Assembly (NCBI RefSeq): GCF_963676685.1 | Contig: NC_092344.1 | Span: 56,792,001 to 56,856,000 of the forward strand | Reading direction: 5' to 3' | Source of the DNA: Mytilus edulis | Taxonomy: Eukaryota | DNA length: 64,000 bases | The notes under the pieces: model-generated | The model's input: only the letters and a program-made list of their open reading frames with translations | Databases searched by the model: none | What the model was told of the DNA's origin: nothing | In this document: positions 46,201 to 60,427 of the stretch, one piece after another | Layout of the letters: every line of letters starts with the position of its first letter | How positions within the stretch are numbered: position 1 is the stretch's first letter | Translations under genes and position numbers: made by a program

Positions 46201-49200
46201 TAGATTGTTACAATGGTTATTTTCAAAGTAGGAGTTTTACAGTAGAATTTTTTTTTTTTTTTTTTACTTTTTTTTTTATAGTTTTCATGGAACTTAAGAA
46301 ATTAAATGATGAAAGTTTTGTACACCAATATGGATTTAAGGTGGTACCCAACACTTTCACTAAAATTAATTTGACTCGTTTAATTTTCATAAAATTTTGA
46401 CAATGTCATTTGAATGTATTTACTTTGACCCTTTAACAAAAATATAAAAATTTCAAAAATTTTGAACCAACCGTTTTGTCAGAAAAATTACACTGGTTAT
46501 AAAGTAGTTTGACAAACACCAATTTTGATCATTGAGAAGCTTTTAAATATTCCCTTTACAACAAAATGTACATGTAATTAAAATGTTTAGCTGACTTTAC
46601 AGAGTTATCTCCCTGTAGTGTTAGGTACCACCTTAACTTGAGTTTTGTTTAGTATTTATTGACCTTTTCAAACCACTAATTAAATTTAAAAAAGGGCTAT
46701 TGATGAAAAAAAATATGCTTGTTAAACATAACTCAGCAGTGCACTGTATGTTTATCCTGTTCAAATGCCTATCCCAAGTCAGTAACTTTAGCGGTTTATT
46801 TCGTCATATTGTTGATGGATGATTTGTTATAGCCCTTCTTATCTAGACAGGACAGTTTGGAGTTTTTGGGTAAAGATTGCACAAATTGCAATCAAAACCG
46901 TACAGTAATGACCTGATAAATAAATATTAAAAGGTTTGTCACTTTACTCATACATTGTACACGAAATATACCAGTAGTGCATTCATTGATCATAACATTC
47001 TAAACAACCTACCCATGAATATTTCCAAAAATTTATCCATGAAATATATATATGCTCAGATATTCAAGTTATTAAATGATGTTATAATTGCCAAGACAAG
47101 AAAATTACATAACAGGTGCAAGGTGCAGGAATCTAATACAGTTCTGGTCTAAAAATATTAATAATGTCATTGTCAGTAATCTTTAAAATTTGAGTTATCT
47201 ACCTTTGTCCATAATTGTAGTTGAATCAACCATAATAAATGAATGTCACCAATAAATTTGAGCAATCGTTACCCTGAACTAGAGTGAGTGCTTACAAGCA
47301 CTGATTTGTATTGTAATGATACTTGTCTATTATCACCGGGCTGTGTTCTGCTCTTTTGTCGGGTTGTTGTTTTTTAGACAATTCCTAATTTTAATTCTAA
47401 ATTGTATCGTGATTGTTGAAGACCAAAATGACTTATTATGTTAAGTATGGTTATAATTCTGACAGGACTCATTTGCTTTTTCCCTTTTGAATACTTTTGA
47501 GGTAAAGAATGTTTATATTAACACAAACTTACACAAATTCCAATTTATTATTGAATTTGATGATAATAACGGAATACATGTAGTATAATATTTTTTTTTT
47601 TTTTTATATAGATTTGACAGCCAGCTAAATGACCTATTAGATCCTCAGTATGCCTCTGTGGAGTCCAAAATGGATAGCAGATTGCAAAGTAAGTAAAATG
47701 TTATAAGAAATGTTGTTTACACAGGAGTTAAAAAAAATCTACCAGCCCAACGCCTGGGACTATCAAAATGTTGTGATCTAATATGCCAGACGAATTAGTA
47801 ACAGACAATTGTTGACATTTTCAAAATAGAAAGTGGATAATCCCTTTATCATTAATCTATCTTAGCCAATCAGATTCAATTATGTCATTCCAGAGTCTGT
47901 TTAACTTTCAGTAAATAGGATCAAGGTCACAATGTCATCATGGTCATCTCATCAGGAATTTTTTCAACTTTTGGGAATATATTTTTTTTTATACCTAATG
48001 GTATTTTTGTCATATTTTATTCACTTGTTGATATACATGTACTGCAAAATTATGTTGCTATAAATATAACTAATGTGGATGTGAACTTTCATAATTATTT
48101 TTAATTTTAGGATTACTGTTTGTGGGGTCTACCCTTGGCCTCTGTAGATATGATGATGTTGATCTTATAAGAGTAAGTGTTTTTTTGTCAATGTAACTTT
48201 CAGTAAAACAAGTTAAAAGAACATTTATACAGCTTGCCACAAGAAAATTAATTTGGTAAAAGGAAAATACAAGGTGAAAGAATTGATTGAAGACATACAA
48301 TACAGGGATCTCCATGGCCTGTTTTACGATGGCGGCCCGCCATCGTTCAAATGTCTTGCGCCATCGTCAAATGACTCGCGCCATCATAAAATTGTCTTGC
48401 CCCATCGTTAAATTGTCTTCCGCCATCGTTCAAAACTTCATCGTTTTTTTTTTAGCCCGACGCCATTTTTTTATCACTTATAATCAAATGCATGTAATTG
48501 CATAACCCTTAGGCTTTTTATGTTATAATCCAATACAGTTCTAACGCCTGAGGGATATCTGGATTAAGATCGCTAATCACTTGTACCTGAGCTTGTACAG
48601 GTAGATCAACAAACCAGACAGGAGAATTATCTGAGGATAGACGATCCATTTGTCGAATTTATCAACTAAGTTTCAGCAAATGATTATGATAATTTAGATT
48701 AAATAAATAAATTAAAAATCCAGTTACAAAGAAAACAGTTTAACAAGTCGAACACGTGCTTTATTTTGTCTTACGCAATCAGCATCCCCATTTTTTTAAG
48801 AAGTACAAAATAAGACGCAAAACAGTAAATATTATTTCATCGCAAATAACTCGAGTACTGCTGTAACGATAATTTAGAATTAATTTAAAAGTTTAAAAGT
48901 AAAAACTTAAATATTTCCTGTAAAGAAATATCGTATCGTAATTCCGAATTCATTTCGTATATATTACAATCAAATTGATACATCCGCGTTTCCGGTTTCT
49001 GTTCAGACTCGAAAGATGCATGTTGCACAGCATCAATTTGCCAGATAAAGTCATTAAAAACCTTTTCATTTGTCAACGTTTGCTTTACAAATCTCTTTAA
49101 CCTTTTACATAACCCGTACAAATCGTTTTGTTGTTGCTGCAAATCAGCCATACCGGTAATGGGTTCTGAATTTGACAGTGTCCATGAAAAACAAGCTCCA

Positions 49201-52200
49201 CATCATATGATTTTTAACCCCCATAACAATTACCAAAAATACAAGAAGTCTACATGGGGACCTTCATGACAGCTTTTGGTCATTCTAGACTAAGGGGGGA
49301 CCATGTAGACTTGGCATTTGAATGGTTAAAAACGGCAATAATTGAAAATATTGATACTTCTATTCTATAATGAAAATTCAAATAAATACAATTTAAATAA
49401 GCAATGAATTAGCATGTTCACCATTCCTTGTATGGAGGGATAAAATACTTCCGATCGCCCTACACTGTACAGCGTAGACATGGTTTGTAATGGTGAAAGT
49501 TCCTCCATGGTTCAATTGTCATCCATGGAGATCCCTGCAATATCAATTAATTTTACTGTCAAATGTTAAGAGATAGGCTCTAAGCTTAGCAATGCTTAGT
49601 TGAACATGTTGAATATTAATTTGTAAAATTTGTATTAGTTTAATCAGCTTAACCAAATTCCTAGAAATGTTTTATAAAATACTTTATATTTCTCAAACAA
49701 TGACATGAAACTTCTATTAAAATGATAAATTTGAATCATTTCAGCTAACAATTTAAAATCTGATATCTAGTAAAAATTCATTTGTTGAAAAAAGTATATT
49801 ATGATAACATCTCTGAATTTTCAGGGAATCACAACAGGATCCAAACAAGCAGCTTTTATGGATAATTTAATTGACCTTGTATGCATAATGGACACGGCTG
49901 AAGACCCACAGAATAAGGCATTAAGGAGTCCAGGTGTTGTCAGGTTAATAAACAAAGAAATAGTTATATATTATAAATGAAAACAAGATGTAATAAAAAT
50001 AAAAATTAGAACATAACATAAATGAAACCCAGGATGTAATATATCTACAAACAAGGATGTTACATAAATAAATACTAGGATTGATTTTACTCCCACATGC
50101 TGAATGCTCATATGCGGTACTTAAATCAAAAAGGATGTTAGACTGTGTGTTAATACATATACTGTTGATGATGCTGTAATGCATGCTTCAAACAGAAACA
50201 AGAGTAAAAACATGTATATTTCATGCATACATATTCATATGATTACCGTAGAACAAATTTACATTCTCAACAAAAAATCACTTTTAGTTTTATACATTTT
50301 ATAACTAAATTTTTGCTTATAACTTATAACTCATAATATTTTATTTTTTGTTGAAAGCTAGATCATTTTTTTTAATATGAGTCTATGACTAAGAGTTATC
50401 ATTTATAAAAAAAACCACTTGTGTTGCTATATTCAAAAGGGTTAACTTATTAATAAGCTCTACTATTCCACTTATTCAAAGTTCAGTTTCTATCAAGTTT
50501 ATGAAATGTATGATACAAAATGAAAGCAAGATCTTTAATTTTGATCTTTCTATGTGCATAAAATATAGAAAAAACATATGTAAGGGGTGGCAAAAAAAAT
50601 TAAATTTTACTAAGCATTGGAAGTGCATAAGATATTCTATGTCTCACTGGTAGCACAGCTTATTAAAAACCTATTTAAATTTGAAACTCAAATTTGATTT
50701 TTTTTTTTTATCAAAAACCAATAAAAACAATTTATATTTGTGTAGATTACAACTAAGTTACCTTAGTCTCAAAGTAGAGAGAGATTGTTAAAAAAGAATT
50801 ATAAATAGTCTAGGAAAATTGGTCTTATAACAAGCACAATAGAATAAACAAGTTTGCTTGCTCAACATGGTTGAAGATAAAGTTCATATTCTGTTTCTAA
50901 CATGCCCTCTATATAATACATCAGAGAACCATATTTTTCATTTTTCACCACTTTTTGGAAAATTGCATAAAGTTGATATTTAATCTGGATAATTTCAAAT
51001 GTTGACATGCAATTTATATCTGAATTCTTAATTTGAAACAAGGAGGGCAAAATATCTGTAATCAAGTATTCTATCTTGGAGGGGGGGATGTAATTACCGG
51101 TAGCTGTTTACGAATATTTGATGTGGTCAAGGAGGTTTCCTCCTTTGAACATGTATACTGTGTCGACTGACTTCCTTTTTATTATTTAACAATTATTGTT
51201 TGTTATGTATTGATAATCATATTATATTTTATATTGTATTGTATCTTTAACTTGATTTAAATGCTTGTAACATTGTGTAATAAGCCCTATGATTAGGAAA
51301 ATATATTAGTATTAGTACAGAAAAAGACTGCAATAAACACAAATACAACACAAAGACAGAATTGTAGTCATTCATTTTCAACAAAAGCCACTTATTTAAA
51401 GATTATGTAGGTTTGGCTATCACAAACGTAGTTTTGGCCAGGATATTCACATCTGACCACCTTTCTTGAGCTTGGATTTTTCCTCTGGTCTCTGGATCTC
51501 GCTTAATATAAGCCAGTACCCCTCTCTCGATTCTGAATTTTACTCCCAAACTTCTGACTTATAAGCGAGTACCTACAGTAGGCTTTTGTGGTTAAAGCAC
51601 TTTAAAAGTCCAGAAGTTGGCAGAAAATTTCTCTATATAGTCTATCAAAAATATTTAAAAAAAAAAACAAAAATGAAATATCTTTACCTACATGTACCCT
51701 ATTTTTTCTAAGCGACAGGAATCAAATATATATGTTATATATTTTTTGCCTTAAGATAGTATGAACTTTTAAAGTTATACACTATTTTTATGTAGAATTT
51801 TATCTGTTTTCAGTGATGAAATGAGTTTATATGAACAGTTTACGAGTGACTGTAACTATATGGATACACTAATGAACCAAGAGAAAATAGGATCCATTTT
51901 CAATTCAAGATTGACTCTGTTACCAGCAGATTTACAGAGACAAGTAGAGGCATCATGGGCTGATCAAGGACATACAAGAGAAAAGTAATAATCCTGATTT
52001 AGAGTAATTTCCCACAATTTGATTGGCTGATATTGTCCTAATAAAATTCAGGGCAATTGTTTTTATTAAGTAAATTGGAATTATCTCCCTTATACCATTG
52101 ACCAAAAATAAAATAAAGATTTTTTAGTTGTTTTATAGTCCTTATATTTTTCATTTTTCATAGTTTTAGATAAAATATCTATTTGTTTATTTATTTATTA

Positions 52201-55200
52201 GATATTGTCTTAAAAATTGAATTTTAATATGATAAGTTGTGATATCTTTTAACAAAATTAGGAGAAATTTGTGTGCAATAATCCTAATGGAAATTATGGG
52301 ATCAATAAAATTCATATCGAGTTTGGCTTTGCCTCTTCCAGTATGAATTTTATTGACCTATAAATTATTGTAATAGGACAATTGCACACGTGTAACTAAT
52401 AGTATTGATTTGATTTTTTTTTAGAAAGTATAGAATAACTACTGTTTTAATATTATTTAAAAAAAACTAGTTCACATATTGCCCAGTCTTGACAGGAAGT
52501 GGATTCATTATTATTCGTTGGAAATCAATTTTCATGGGTTTTGTTGGTACAGTTAAACCACAAATTCAAATGTTCAACAAAATGAAATTTTTCCATAGGT
52601 TTTGCATGTAGAGATAGGCATAACCACGAAATTAAATATCCACGAAAATGCAGGTTTTCTCAATCTACGGAAATTGATACCCACGAAAATAATTAAATCC
52701 ACAGTATTTCACAAGTTGCAATGAATCTTCATTCTAGCTCATGTGGTTTTTTTCTTTTCACCCATTCTTTCCAACTTTTTCACCCTACTCTTCCAATAGA
52801 GTAACTGAGTTGGCATGCAGTTTTATCAAATCAGTAACATGTATCCATACAATCTATTTATATAATCAAATGAGATATTAATTTCATTGGATGTTTTATT
52901 TAATAGTTATGTATAGATCATCGTTGATCATCTTAACAAGATTGATTTTCTTGCTTGACCCGGTACGACAAAAGTAAGAAAAGCAATGAAATTAAAATGA
53001 ACAGTGATAATCTAGCTATCACTATTTAACCTATGTAGATGTTGTTAATTTCAGTGACAACTGACACATGCGCCCTTAGTGTCTAGAGATAATTTTTCAT
53101 ACCACTCTTCTGTACTGAGAAAGGAAATCACAGTAAGATGAAAGGAAAATTTTGTAAAATAGCGATAATAACAGATATATCATTTCTGGGAATTATTTAG
53201 CTTACCATGCTGTATGGGTTTTGCTCATTGTTGATGGATAATTTTTTTAATTTCACACACAATGTGATTTTGTCATAAATATTTGTACACAACATCAGTT
53301 TAAATTCCATAGAATTCATATATTAAATGTATATGCATTCACATGTGTCAGAATTAAGCCAGAAACATTGCACTGAAATCATATGCAAATGATAAAGGTT
53401 CACAATACACAAGATTGAACTTCTGATGCTTGACAAGTTAAAAGCTGGGGGTTCAGCAGGTTTAAGAGAGTTACCACAGTTTATTGATATGCATTGTGTT
53501 TACAGTTTTGTGCAATAAAAGATATGAATTTACTTATTGTATTTTAGTCCTCCAAAAGTAAATGTACAAAATCTGATAGATTCAGCAGAAAATTTGGCTA
53601 AAGACATACAGAGACAGAAAGAAATTTTAGAGGAACTTCAAAAGAAAGTAAGTCAGTAGTTTTGCTAATTCATATATATAAAGATGTATATGGTACCTTA
53701 TAATTTGATATTACTATAAAGTTGTGATTATTTTCATATGGTGACTAAACTTCAAAGGAAACAAACAAAGATAATCAATTGATATCTACCGATAGTTTCA
53801 AATGGAAATAACCGTTAGTAGGATGCAAATTTAAACTATCAATATCCAATTATTGCCAGGTTTTTGTCTTCCTTGAAATGAAAGATTTCTAAAATAAGAC
53901 TTTAGTAATTTCCAGTGATGGGGTTAGCTTGAATAATTGTAAATACTTTGATATATATCTGACATGAAAAAAATGATGTGGAGTACATGTCAATGAAACA
54001 GCAGAACAACAACAAAAGTAATCCAAAATATATCTAGAGGGCAATATGCATTTCAAAGATGGTTTAATTATATTTATTTATAGTGGATTGGGAAACAAAT
54101 TTTTGCAACTTATATTAATCCCTTTCCACTTTGCGGGTGTGAGTGCTGCCTTGTATCGGCATTAGCCTACTCTTTTTCGAAATCTACAAGGATTTCTTTA
54201 AGGTGCAAGAGATATAGCTCTCTCTTAACACGGGCCAGCCATTTATCGTCCCCTTCTGACAGACTATCGTCGCTTCCTCAAGACCATACTCGCAAATGGT
54301 GTCAAGGGAGAGCCGAAAAATTGAGTTCCTGAAATTTTCATCCCAAATGGGAATCGAACCAGGAACCTTTGTGTTAGTAGTCCGATGCACTAACCACTAC
54401 ACCACGGCAGCTCTCAATTTCAAAGATGGAATTGACCCTTGTAATTTTTCCTATCAAGTTTGATAAAATTTGATTTGTGAAAAAGTACAATATTTGTATT
54501 TATCATTTATACTTTTTTATAAGGATATCTTGAAAATCCTAACAAACATGTCAGTTGTATACATACTCATAGAGGGGCCTCTGTGGCCGAGTGGTCTAGG
54601 TAGTTACTACTGTAATCACTAGCCAGTCAACACTGAGGTTATGAGTTCGAACCCTGCTTGTGCGCGGTGGTTTTCTCTAGGCACTCCAAGTTTCCTCCAC
54701 CAATAAAAACTTGGCACCTGGAAATAGCCTAAATGTGGTGCATCAAAAGAAAGAAGCATAATTTATCAATTCCATGTAATTCCAAGTAATTAACATAACC
54801 GTTAGTTGATTGTAAGATTTCAAGTGGCTAACTTCAATTATAAAATGTTGGATGAAATTTGAATTTTGAACAACTCTCAAAAATGAACATTCTGATAACT
54901 TTTAAAAATATGGGATAATCTTTAAGCTCAAAAGTGTTTATCAGTTAACTCATTGTTTTATTTTTTTGACAGTATGAATATGAAGAAGAGGAAATTTCTG
55001 AAAAAGAGCGGGTAAAGAAGACACTGCAGCTTGTGTTAACTGAACTGACACATCTTGTTACCAATTTCTCATATTTATATGAAAATGAAATGTGTCTCTG
55101 GTGTAATAAATCTCCACCTTTTCTATCAGATCTTGGAACAGCTTTTAAAAGAGTACACAATCTACTTCAACAGTTTGTGGCTGTAAGTACACAAAAGTTA

Positions 55201-58200
55201 ATCATATTTGTATGTTGGCAATTGGTTGCACAAATGGTTCATGGTAAATTTCCATTTTTATGCCCCACCTACGATAGTAGAGGGGCATTATGTTTTCTGG
55301 TCTGTGCGTCCGTTCGTCCGTCCGTCTGTCCCGCTTCAGGTTAAAGTTTTTGGTCAAGGTAGTTTTTGATGAAGTTGAAGTCCAATCAACTTCAAACTTA
55401 GTACACATGTTCCCTATGATATGATCTTTCTAATTTTAAAGCCAAATTAGAGTTTTTATCCCAATGTCACGGTCCACTGAACATAAACTAGAGGGTCCAA
55501 GGACCCTGTGTCGCTCACCTGATATTTTTATTTACAATTGTTGCATGATAAATGCAACTGTTGTACTGTCGTTTAGTTTCAGAGATATAATACTAAAAAG
55601 TGCATTTGAAACCTATGTTTAATTTCAGCCATGTGGGCAGGCAGGGTCATCATACACAGTGGTCCCTGGATATCCTAGTGGTGATTTAAACCAAGTTTGT
55701 TTAAATTCAACAGTTGTTTCAGGGGAGAATTTTTGTAAAATTTATCTAACAAGAAATGCAAAGTAATGAGAAAGTTGTGAAGTAGTTTTGTTGTTGCGCA
55801 ACCCCCCCCCCCCCTTCCCCACTTTGCCAAAAAAACCAAAAAGGTAATAAAAAATTATCATATAAGGGCAATCTATCCTATTAATGATTTCTGCAAAATT
55901 CAGTTGATTGTGCAAGGGTTGTATAGCCAGCTGAGGTCGTTAAAAACTCTCTTTCTTTTGTTGTTGCAGATAGATCTTGACCTGATAAGCAATTCTACCA
56001 CTTGTCAGATTTGCTCTAAATGCTTTGGTTTTTGAGTGATAAGCCAAAAACTGCATTTTACCCCTATGTTCTATTTTTAGCCATGGCGGCCATCTTGATT
56101 GGTTGGCCGGGTCACCGGACACAATTTTTAAACTAGATACCCCAATGATGATTGTGGCCAAGTTTGGTTTAATTTGGTCCAGTAGTTTCAGAGGAGAAGA
56201 TTTTTGTAAAAGATAACTAAGATTTACGAAAAATGGTTAAAAATTGACTATAAAGGGCAATAACTCCTAAAGGGGTCAACAGACCATTTTGGTCATGTTG
56301 ACTTATTTGTAGATCTTACTTAGCTGAACATTTTTGCTGTTTACAGTTTATCTCTATCTATAATAATATTCAAGATAATAATCAAAAACAGCAAAATTTC
56401 CTTAAAATTACCAATTCAGGGGCAGCAACCTATCAACGAGTTGTCCGATTCATCTCAAAATTTCAGGGCAGATAGATCTTGACCTGATAAACAATTTTAC
56501 TACATGTCAGATTTGCTCTAAATGCTTCGGTTTTTGAGTGATAAGCCAAAAACTGCATTTTACCCCTATGTTCTATTTTTAGCCATGGCGGCCATCTTGG
56601 TTGGTTGGCCGGATCACCGGACACAATTTTTAAACTAGATACCCCAATGATGATTGTGGCCAAGTTTGGTTTAATTTGGTCCAGTAGTTTCAGAGGAGAA
56701 GATTTTTGTAAAAGATAACTAAGATTTACGAAAAATGGTTAAAAATTGACTATAAAGGGCAATAACTCCTAAAGGGGTCAACAGACCATTTTGGTCATGT
56801 TGACTTATTTGTAGATCTTACTTAGCTGAACATTTTTGCTGTTTACAGTTTATCTCTATCTATAATAATATTCAAGATAATAATCAAAAACAGCAAAATT
56901 TCCTTAAAATTACCAATTCAGGGGCAGCAACCTATCAACGAGTTGTCCGATTCATCTCAAAATTTCAGGGCAGATAGATCTTGACCTGATAAACAATTTT
57001 ACTACATGTCAGATTTGCTCTAAATGCTTCGGTTTTTGAGTGATAAGCCAAAAACTGCATTTTACCCCTATGTTCTATTTTTAGCCATGGCGGCCATCTT
57101 GGTTGGTTGGCCGGATCACCGGACACAATTTTTAAACTAGATACCCCAATGATGATTGTGGCCAAGTTTGGTTTAATTTGGTCCAGTAGTTTCAGAGGAG
57201 AAGATTTTTGTAAAAGATAACTAAGATTTACGAAAAATGGTTAAAAATTGACTATAAAGGGCAATAACTTCTAAAGGGGTCAACAGACCATTTTGGTCAT
57301 GTTGACTTATTTGTAGATCTTACTTTGTTGAACATTTTTGTTGTTCACAGTTTATCTCTATCTATAATAATATTCAAGATAATAACCAAAAACAGCAAAA
57401 TTTTCTCAAAATTACCAATTCAGGGGCAGCAACCTATCAACGGGTTGTCCGATTCATCTGAAAATTTCAGGGCAGATAGATCTTGACCTGATAAACAATT
57501 TTACCCCATGTCAGATTTGCTCTAAATGCTTTGGTTTTTTAGTTATAAGCCAAAAACTGCATTTTACCCCTATGTTCTATTTTTAGCCATGGCGGCCATC
57601 TTGGTTGGTTGGGCGGGTCACCGGACACAATTTTTAAACTAGATACCCCAATGATGATTGTGGCCAAGTTTGGTTTAATTTGGTCCAGTAGTTTCAGAGG
57701 AGAAGATTTTTGTAAAAGTTAACGACGGACGACGACGACGGACGACGACGACGGACGACGGACGCCAAGTGATGAGAAAAGCTCACTTGGCCCTTCGGGC
57801 CAGGTGAGCTAAAAATGAAAGTGCGAGTGGGGCATTCGTGTACTGAGGACACATTCTTGTTTTTGTCAATTTCCTTTTATCCTTTTTAAAAATATAGTCT
57901 CAGTTCTTTTTAAGAAAGTGAACTATAAAGGTTAGAAAATGTGGTATGATTGATTGCCAAAGAGTCAACTCTTCACTATCATGACTAGAGATCAAATGAA
58001 ACAAAAGTAAACAACTATAGGTCAACATATGACCTTCAAGAATTAGCAAATCCTGGAGCGCTAAGTAAGTTAGCAAAGTCTAGAAATGACAACTGAAAAT
58101 AATTCAAATGAGAAAACTTGTGGCCTGATTTATGTACCGGTACATGGCATTAAATGAATACACAGCAACAAAACAATGTTAAATTTGTATGTTAGCTGTT

Positions 58201-60427
58201 GATGAGGTCTGCTGTCCCATCCCATATTTTTGGCAATTTCCTATTATATTTTTTACATATGATAGATTAATATAAAGGGGTGTTTTAATTTGAAATATTT
58301 TGTTACAACTATTGAAGAGCAACTATTGAAGAGAAACAGTACTAATTTATTTCCAAATTGCAAAACTGGGAATTTTTGTTTTACAAAGCTTCAAATACTT
58401 ATAATTTTATTAATATGCATTAATTTTCTGTTTGAAAGTTTTTGCATTTGGTCAATATTTGTCTTGCTTAACATACTACTGGCTTATTTTTGGCAGTGGC
58501 AGTATTTGAAAGAATACTAGCCTAGTAAGCCCTAGTTTTTATAAACAATAATTGTGACAGTATTTTAAACACTTGTATTTTCTTCCTTTCCTTTCCATAC
58601 ATTCATTTTTATTTTTAGCTGTTGAAAGGTTTCCAGTCAATCAGAAATTCCTATTCAAATCTTAGCCAGGAAGCATCAATGAAGTTAAAAAGATCTGGAA
58701 TGAAATCACAGAAGGATACAAGTCTTGGTAAGAATTCTTCTTTGAAAATAACAATTAGCTTGATCACTTGTGAATAATTAAAGAACAAATTAATATCAAG
58801 CTTGTTTAATACCTGAATTATATACTGTGGATTCATTATAATTCTAGTGGAGCACCAATTTGTGAATTTCATTAGGATAGGTGAACCAAAAATTTCAGTT
58901 TTCATTGAAGCACTAATTCCATCATTCCATATAGGCAGATAGGTATGAAAATTTTGACAAAACCATGAAAACCAAATATTCTTGAAAAAAATACCACCTT
59001 TCATTAACATGATTAATCAATGAAAAATGGTTCCCATAAAAAAAATGCATCCACAGTGTTCTGTTCGGTTTTTACGTTGTTAAAATATAAAACAATACAA
59101 ATAATAGAAGTTTCATAATTGGCTTTAACATACAGGAGAGTTATATCTCTGTGTAAAGGATGTTCGTTCCTCCAGGAATTTAAAATTTTATCATGTTTTG
59201 GAATACTCTGGTTTTATCCATGTTGTGCCAATCCTTTCTTTTCATAATTTTATAACATATATTTTAAAATCATTATATAAAATCCTTGTTATTTTTCATA
59301 GAAAAACAGATGTCATTAAATCATAAAAAATTTAAAGACTCATTTTCTGCCAAATTTTCAATGACTTTAAATCTGACTTGAAAACAAACACAAGGATCCT
59401 TCATTTTTTCTGCTTTTTCAGTTTTTATTTATATTCTTTCAATTTATAAGTCTTTTAAAAAGCTTGTAATTTTGAAACAGAGGAGCGAACAAACTCAAAA
59501 GTATTTTTCAGATATGTCTATAAATTAACTTAGATTAAATAAAGAAAACAAAACAATTCTTGAATTTTTATTCAAATAACAATATGCATTAATATTGAGC
59601 ATATGAGAATGCAATTGTCCACTGTGCTGAGGTAGTACATTGATGACAGCTATTCAATTAAGATCGCCATTTTCTCTTCAGTACCATGTCTGTGATCTGC
59701 ATCTCTGATAGTTGACAGTGGAGTGTTCTAAACAAGGAATCATTTCTCAATGATGGATTTATTATCATGCAGAGAGAAACAATAACCTCAATTTGAATCC
59801 CCATTTGAAATCTTACACAATCCCACGATCTACAAAAGACTTTACACACGAGTACATTCAAATACCACCAGCTGTTTAATATTTTCTATAATACATGAAT
59901 GAGCTTTTAAAAAAAATATCAATTGATTTTTCACGATGAACTGGGATATTATACTAATGAAATGGCCAGTAGCAAGCTGTTACCTTAATAATATTGATTT
60001 CACTACCTACCTACCACAAAGTCTACATAGCTCTAAAGGTCAAAATACAAATTAAACTGCCTACACAGAAGTACTAAGATAAATGATTTTATTATCAAGT
60101 CTTGCGTTAAGTTACATTCTGTTGCTAGGATTCTGGTTGATTGGGTGAAGAAGCCATTACATGTTCTATATACTGTACACCTTGAATTGATATTTTAAAA
60201 TGATACCAAAAATAAAGAAAGATCTACTACATATTTAAGTTTTTGATTAGGTTATACAGTCAGGACTATGTCGACAGTTTCTATTATCTTTTTCAGCATC
60301 AGCAGGTCAGGCAGCTTTAGAAAGTTTCCAAGAATGTGTCAGTGTTTTGGACGAATCGATTCAACGTCATGATATGGTAGACGAAAGTACAAACATTTCC
60401 TTTCGATCCTCCATTCTCAAAGTGTGA
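43275..60427 (+). CDS. HAUS7: HAUS augmin-like complex subunit 7, 10 coding exons, 384 aa
   Basis: Exons 43275-43343 (MAASFKG..KDRLD), 46121-46227 (KIGCPYTEGVDDSWITELIFKPGEPRIRLLQWLFS), 47612-47688, 48111-48172 (..LGLCRYDDVDLIR), 49825-49943 (GITTGSKQAAFMDNLIDLV..), 51814-51984 (..LLPADL..), 53548-53647 (coiled coil), 54973-55182 (..LQLVLTELTHLVTNFSYLYENEMCLWCNKSPPFLSDLG..), 58619-58727, 60297-60427 (TGA). All GT-AG, phase-consistent, 1155 nt. Motifs parallel recalled human HAUS7 ([49 protein letters not shown]). Confidence 0.88.
43661..43796. mobile_element. Small MITE with imperfect TIRs (TAGCTGC..AACCGTA..CTCTTA..GTCC)
   Basis: tagctgcggaaccgta..gctcttaagtcc versus ggaccataagagttacggttatgcagcta. 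Confidence 0.6.
44364..44696 (+). repeat. Minisatellite, 6 copies of a 52/59-bp unit, HAUS7 intron 1
   Basis: ctttaaacaaattcaatctcaacttttttggcttattatttcagttttagg units start at 44364, 44416, 44468, 44527, 44586, 44645. Confidence 0.95.
44954..45276 (+). mobile_element. HINE family A copy in HAUS7 intron 1
   Basis: Same termini and microsatellite as 16244-16544. Confidence 0.85.
46340..46632. mobile_element. MITE with TTAA TSD and GG termini (Kolobok-like)
   Basis: ttaa|ggtggtacccaacact .. agtgttaggtaccacc|ttaa. Confidence 0.85.
48303..49537. mobile_element. Non-autonomous DNA transposon, perfect 15-bp TIRs, 5-bp TSD (CAATA), HAUS7 intron 4
   Basis: caata|CAGGGATCTCCATGG .. CCATGGAGATCCCTG|caata; subterminal cgccatcgt repeats at 48335-48465. 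Confidence 0.9.
52270..52390. repeat. Long imperfect palindrome (probably a non-autonomous Crypton-like remnant)
   Basis: gtgtgcaat..tcct..tcaataaaattcata / tatgaattttattga..agga..attgcacac around a GC-richer loop. Superfamily is inferred. Confidence 0.55.
54072..54411 (-). mobile_element. tRNA-derived SINE, probably with a Meta-type core
   Basis: Minus-strand head gctgccgtggtgtagtggttagtgcatcggac..ggttcctggttcgattccc (A and B boxes), central ggggacgataaatggctggcccgtg..gcaccttaaaga, (ATAA)n tail. Core assignment is from recall. Confidence 0.8.
54574..54745 (+). mobile_element. tRNA-derived SINE with V-like domain
   Basis: A box tggccgagtgg, B box gagttcgaacc, then ggtggttttctctaggcactccaagtttcctccaccaataaaa. 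Decayed relative at ~25710-25920. Confidence 0.72.
55256..57862 (+). mobile_element. HINE family A copy split by a nested family B element
   Basis: 5' part 55256-55485 (..ccactgaacata) resumes at ~57812 (aaaatgaaagtgcgagtggggcattcgtgtactgaggacacattcttgt). Confidence 0.85.
55486..57812 (-). mobile_element. HINE family B with internal ~502-bp tandem repeats (~4 units)
   Basis: Minus-strand 5' hairpin tagctcacctggcccgaagggccaagtgagct, (GTC/GTCC)n tract, 3' caggtgagcgac plus hairpin agggtccttggaccct. Identical pseudo-ORFs 502 bp apart (56463, 56965). Confidence 0.88.

Noticed and set aside
54340-54411. tRNA gene (also 54574-54660)
   Set aside because: A and B boxes are present but no complete cloverleaf; each continues into a SINE body with other copies in the window.
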